Shown here: positions 26,764 to 28,461 of the stretch, in pieces
How positions within the stretch are numbered: the first letter of the stretch is position 1
How the letters are laid out: every line of letters starts with the position of its first letter
DNA from: Promethearchaeota archaeon
Lineage (GTDB): Archaea > Asgardarchaeota > Lokiarchaeia > Sigyniarchaeales > SOKP01
Reading direction: 5' to 3'
Assembly (NCBI GenBank): GCA_019057865.1
Contig: JAHLWP010000044.1
Coordinates: 1-28,461, forward strand
DNA length: 28,461 nucleotides
Notes under the pieces: generated by a model
What the model saw: the letters and a program-made list of their open reading frames with translations, nothing else
Told to the model about the DNA's origin: nothing
Databases searched by the model: none
Made by a program: the position numbers and the translations under genes

Positions 26764-28461
26764 TTATTTGCTATTTTGTTGTTTCTCATATAATTCTTTA
26801 ATAAATTTTTTTAATTTATTGAAATCGTCATCATCATTATTATGGCTACTAGAGCGGATTTCATCCTTTTCACTATTATTTTCGTTTTTGATTATATTTT
26901 CATTTAATATTGAGTTTGAACCAAAACTCCATTCTTTATTTTTATACTTTTTTCTAAAAATTTTCATAAAATTCACTAACTTTAATTTTATTTTATTCAT
27001 AAAAGAAGCACATTTTTCAATTGATCTCTGAAATTTTTGCAAGTATTTTTTATTCTTGCCTTTTAAATTCCTTTCACTAAGGTTTTCAAAATTCTCTAAC
27101 ACTTTTTTATTATTTCTATTAATTTCCGAAGTCTCTAACCATTCTCTTTCAATAAAAGGCACACTAAGAAGAAAAGGTCTCTTTATTGAATTTACTCGGA
27201 CAATGCACTGACCATCTTCTAAAATAGATAGATAGTATTCGTTTTCCTCATTCAGGTTTAATAATTTCCTCAAAAATTCTTTCTGCATATGCGTTTTAAA
27301 GCATACTAAAACACCGCAATTTGCCAAAATTTCTTCACTTATATCCGGGCGAGTAGCTATCGAGATTAAACATTCACCAGTCCCCCTCTGTAATAAAGCA
27401 ATGTCTTCTAAATAAGTTGTTAATTTATTTTGTCTTGTAAGATCTTTTGGAGCAAAATATTGAGTGTCCTCGATAATGGTAATATGCTTTATTCCACTAA
27501 AATTATATGCTCCACGTGTGAGGTTTTTATCCCATAAATACTTTAAAACCATGTTAAGAAAAAAGAGAGCGTCCTCTTTTTCCCCTCCTAAACGAATTAT
27601 AGAACTCAAATCAATTAGAATATTCCTTTCGAAGAGATCTTTAACTTTTATTTCATGTTCTGTATCAAATATTGCTTTAAGAGACCCTAAGGAAAACCTC
27701 CTAATTCTATTTGTAATACTGATAAGTGTTTGACTCAACATAGGAATTTTATTCTTGTAATCGTTGACATACTTTTTACAATATTCATAAAAACCTTTCC
27801 AACTCTGTAACTCTTTGTTTCCACAGACTTTTATTAAAATATCTACTAAGACTTTTTCCATCTGAGGAGAAAATTCTGAACTATCGTCTAAAAATTTCCC
27901 GCTCTTCAAAATATCAAAAATTCTTTCGGCATGGACTTCTGGAAGAGAACCTTCTGGATTAAAAATATTTATTGAAAAATTCTCTCCTGGTCGTATTATT
28001 ATTAAATTATCTATTTCTCTTTGCAGAAAATGATACTCACCCTTGAATTCAACCAATAAAAACGGAATATCGTAGTGCTTTGTGAAATCAATCAGAAAAT
28101 GCTGAATAAAATTACTTTTCCCTGTACCAGTAGCACCACACACAAACATATGCTTCTCAAGGTCCTTAAGAGAGAGATAAAAATTGTTTTTTTTACGTGC
28201 CCTTTCCATAACTCTCCCAATTTTAATAGCTCCTTTTCTTGATTTAAAATAAGAGGGCTTTTCAAGATCAATAACATCGTCATCAGAACTATATATTGAA
28301 TGAAAAAATAATCCTACAGAAAAACATAAGAGAATTAGGAATATATTGCTTAATAATACTTTTTCTGAAGACCTCAACGATTCTGACGCTAAATTGAGAT
28401 AAGAAATCGAATCTAAGATAAATAAAGGTATAGAAATTCCAAATAGGATAATTATAAGAAG
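26764..28461 (-). CDS. membrane-anchored HerA/VirB4-like (DUF87) P-loop ATPase, 5' end outside the window
   Basis: KHMFVCGATGTGKS Walker A, ITIIEDTQ Walker B, IATRP..IS..ILANC, L..GQCIV. The frame stays open to the window edge with another hydrophobic segment. Confidence 0.82.
   Translation of the reverse strand, partial: LLIIILFGISIPLFILDSISYLNLASESLRSSEKVLLSNIFLILLCFSVGLFFHSIYSSDDDVIDLEKPSYFKSRKGAIKIGRVMERARKKNNFYLSLKDLEKHMFVCGATGTGKSNFIQHFLIDFTKHYDIPFLLVEFKGEYHFLQREIDNLIIIRPGENFSINIFNPEGSLPEVHAERIFDILKSGKFLDDSSEFSPQMEKVLVDILIKVCGNKELQSWKGFYEYCKKYVNDYKNKIPMLSQTLISITNRIRRFSLGSLKAIFDTEHEIKVKDLFERNILIDLSSIIRLGGEKEDALFFLNMVLKYLWDKNLTRGAYNFSGIKHITIIEDTQYFAPKDLTRQNKLTTYLEDIALLQRGTGECLISIATRPDISEEILANCGVLVCFKTHMQKEFLRKLLNLNEENEYYLSILEDGQCIVRVNSIKRPFLLSVPFIEREWLETSEINRNNKKVLENFENLSERNLKGKNKKYLQKFQRSIEKCASFMNKIKLKLVNFMKIFRKKYKNKEWSFGSNSILNENIIKNENNSEKDEIRSSSHNNDDDDFNKLKKFIKELYEKQQNSK

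Noticed and set aside
2448-28283. Antisense/alternate-frame track ORFs (e.g. 2448-2825, 11830-12030, 12908-13258, 13395-13646, 14642-14920, 17231-17794, 18706-18903, 19838-20065, 20693-20899, 21869-22069, 23631-23825, 26255-26614, 26768-27031, 27464-27733, 28092-28283)
   Set aside because: They overlap well-supported genes and have no motifs; treated as shadow ORFs.

Overview
This is a strongly AT-rich archaeal window, most likely from an Asgard archaeon (Lokiarchaeia/Promethearchaeota-like). The assignment rests on three small GTPases, a profilin-like gene, longin/roadblock-like domains and a Loki-type 'FWGHCSNLQAWYE' protein. Left and centre (1-16 kb) are core-type genes: HPS, ADP-forming acyl-CoA synthetase alpha, ilvE, tRNA-Cys(GCA), panB, mfnA, a MazG-like gene and eukaryotic-signature proteins. 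The most striking feature is a Rab-like GTPase gene (10970-12698) whose switch-I motif TIGV|DF is interrupted by a 31-nt insert (11100-11130). The insert folds with its flanks into a bulge-helix-bulge-like motif whose predicted cut sites exactly restore the reading frame, making it a candidate tRNA-type intron in an Asgard mRNA. From about 16.1 to 26 kb lies an accessory/defence island. It holds a truncated orphan TniQ and an atypical CBASS-like operon (TGT-like protein, CD-NTase, SLOG/TPALS-nuclease effector, second minimal NTase, PLD-like protein) with a divergent CARF-wHTH regulator. It also holds an unannotated nrdD 3' fragment and a decayed endonuclease Q gene split by an HD-domain dNTPase/YwgA-like pair. 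The window ends in a 5'-truncated membrane-anchored HerA-like ATPase. All family calls are from motif recognition by eye, not from searches.
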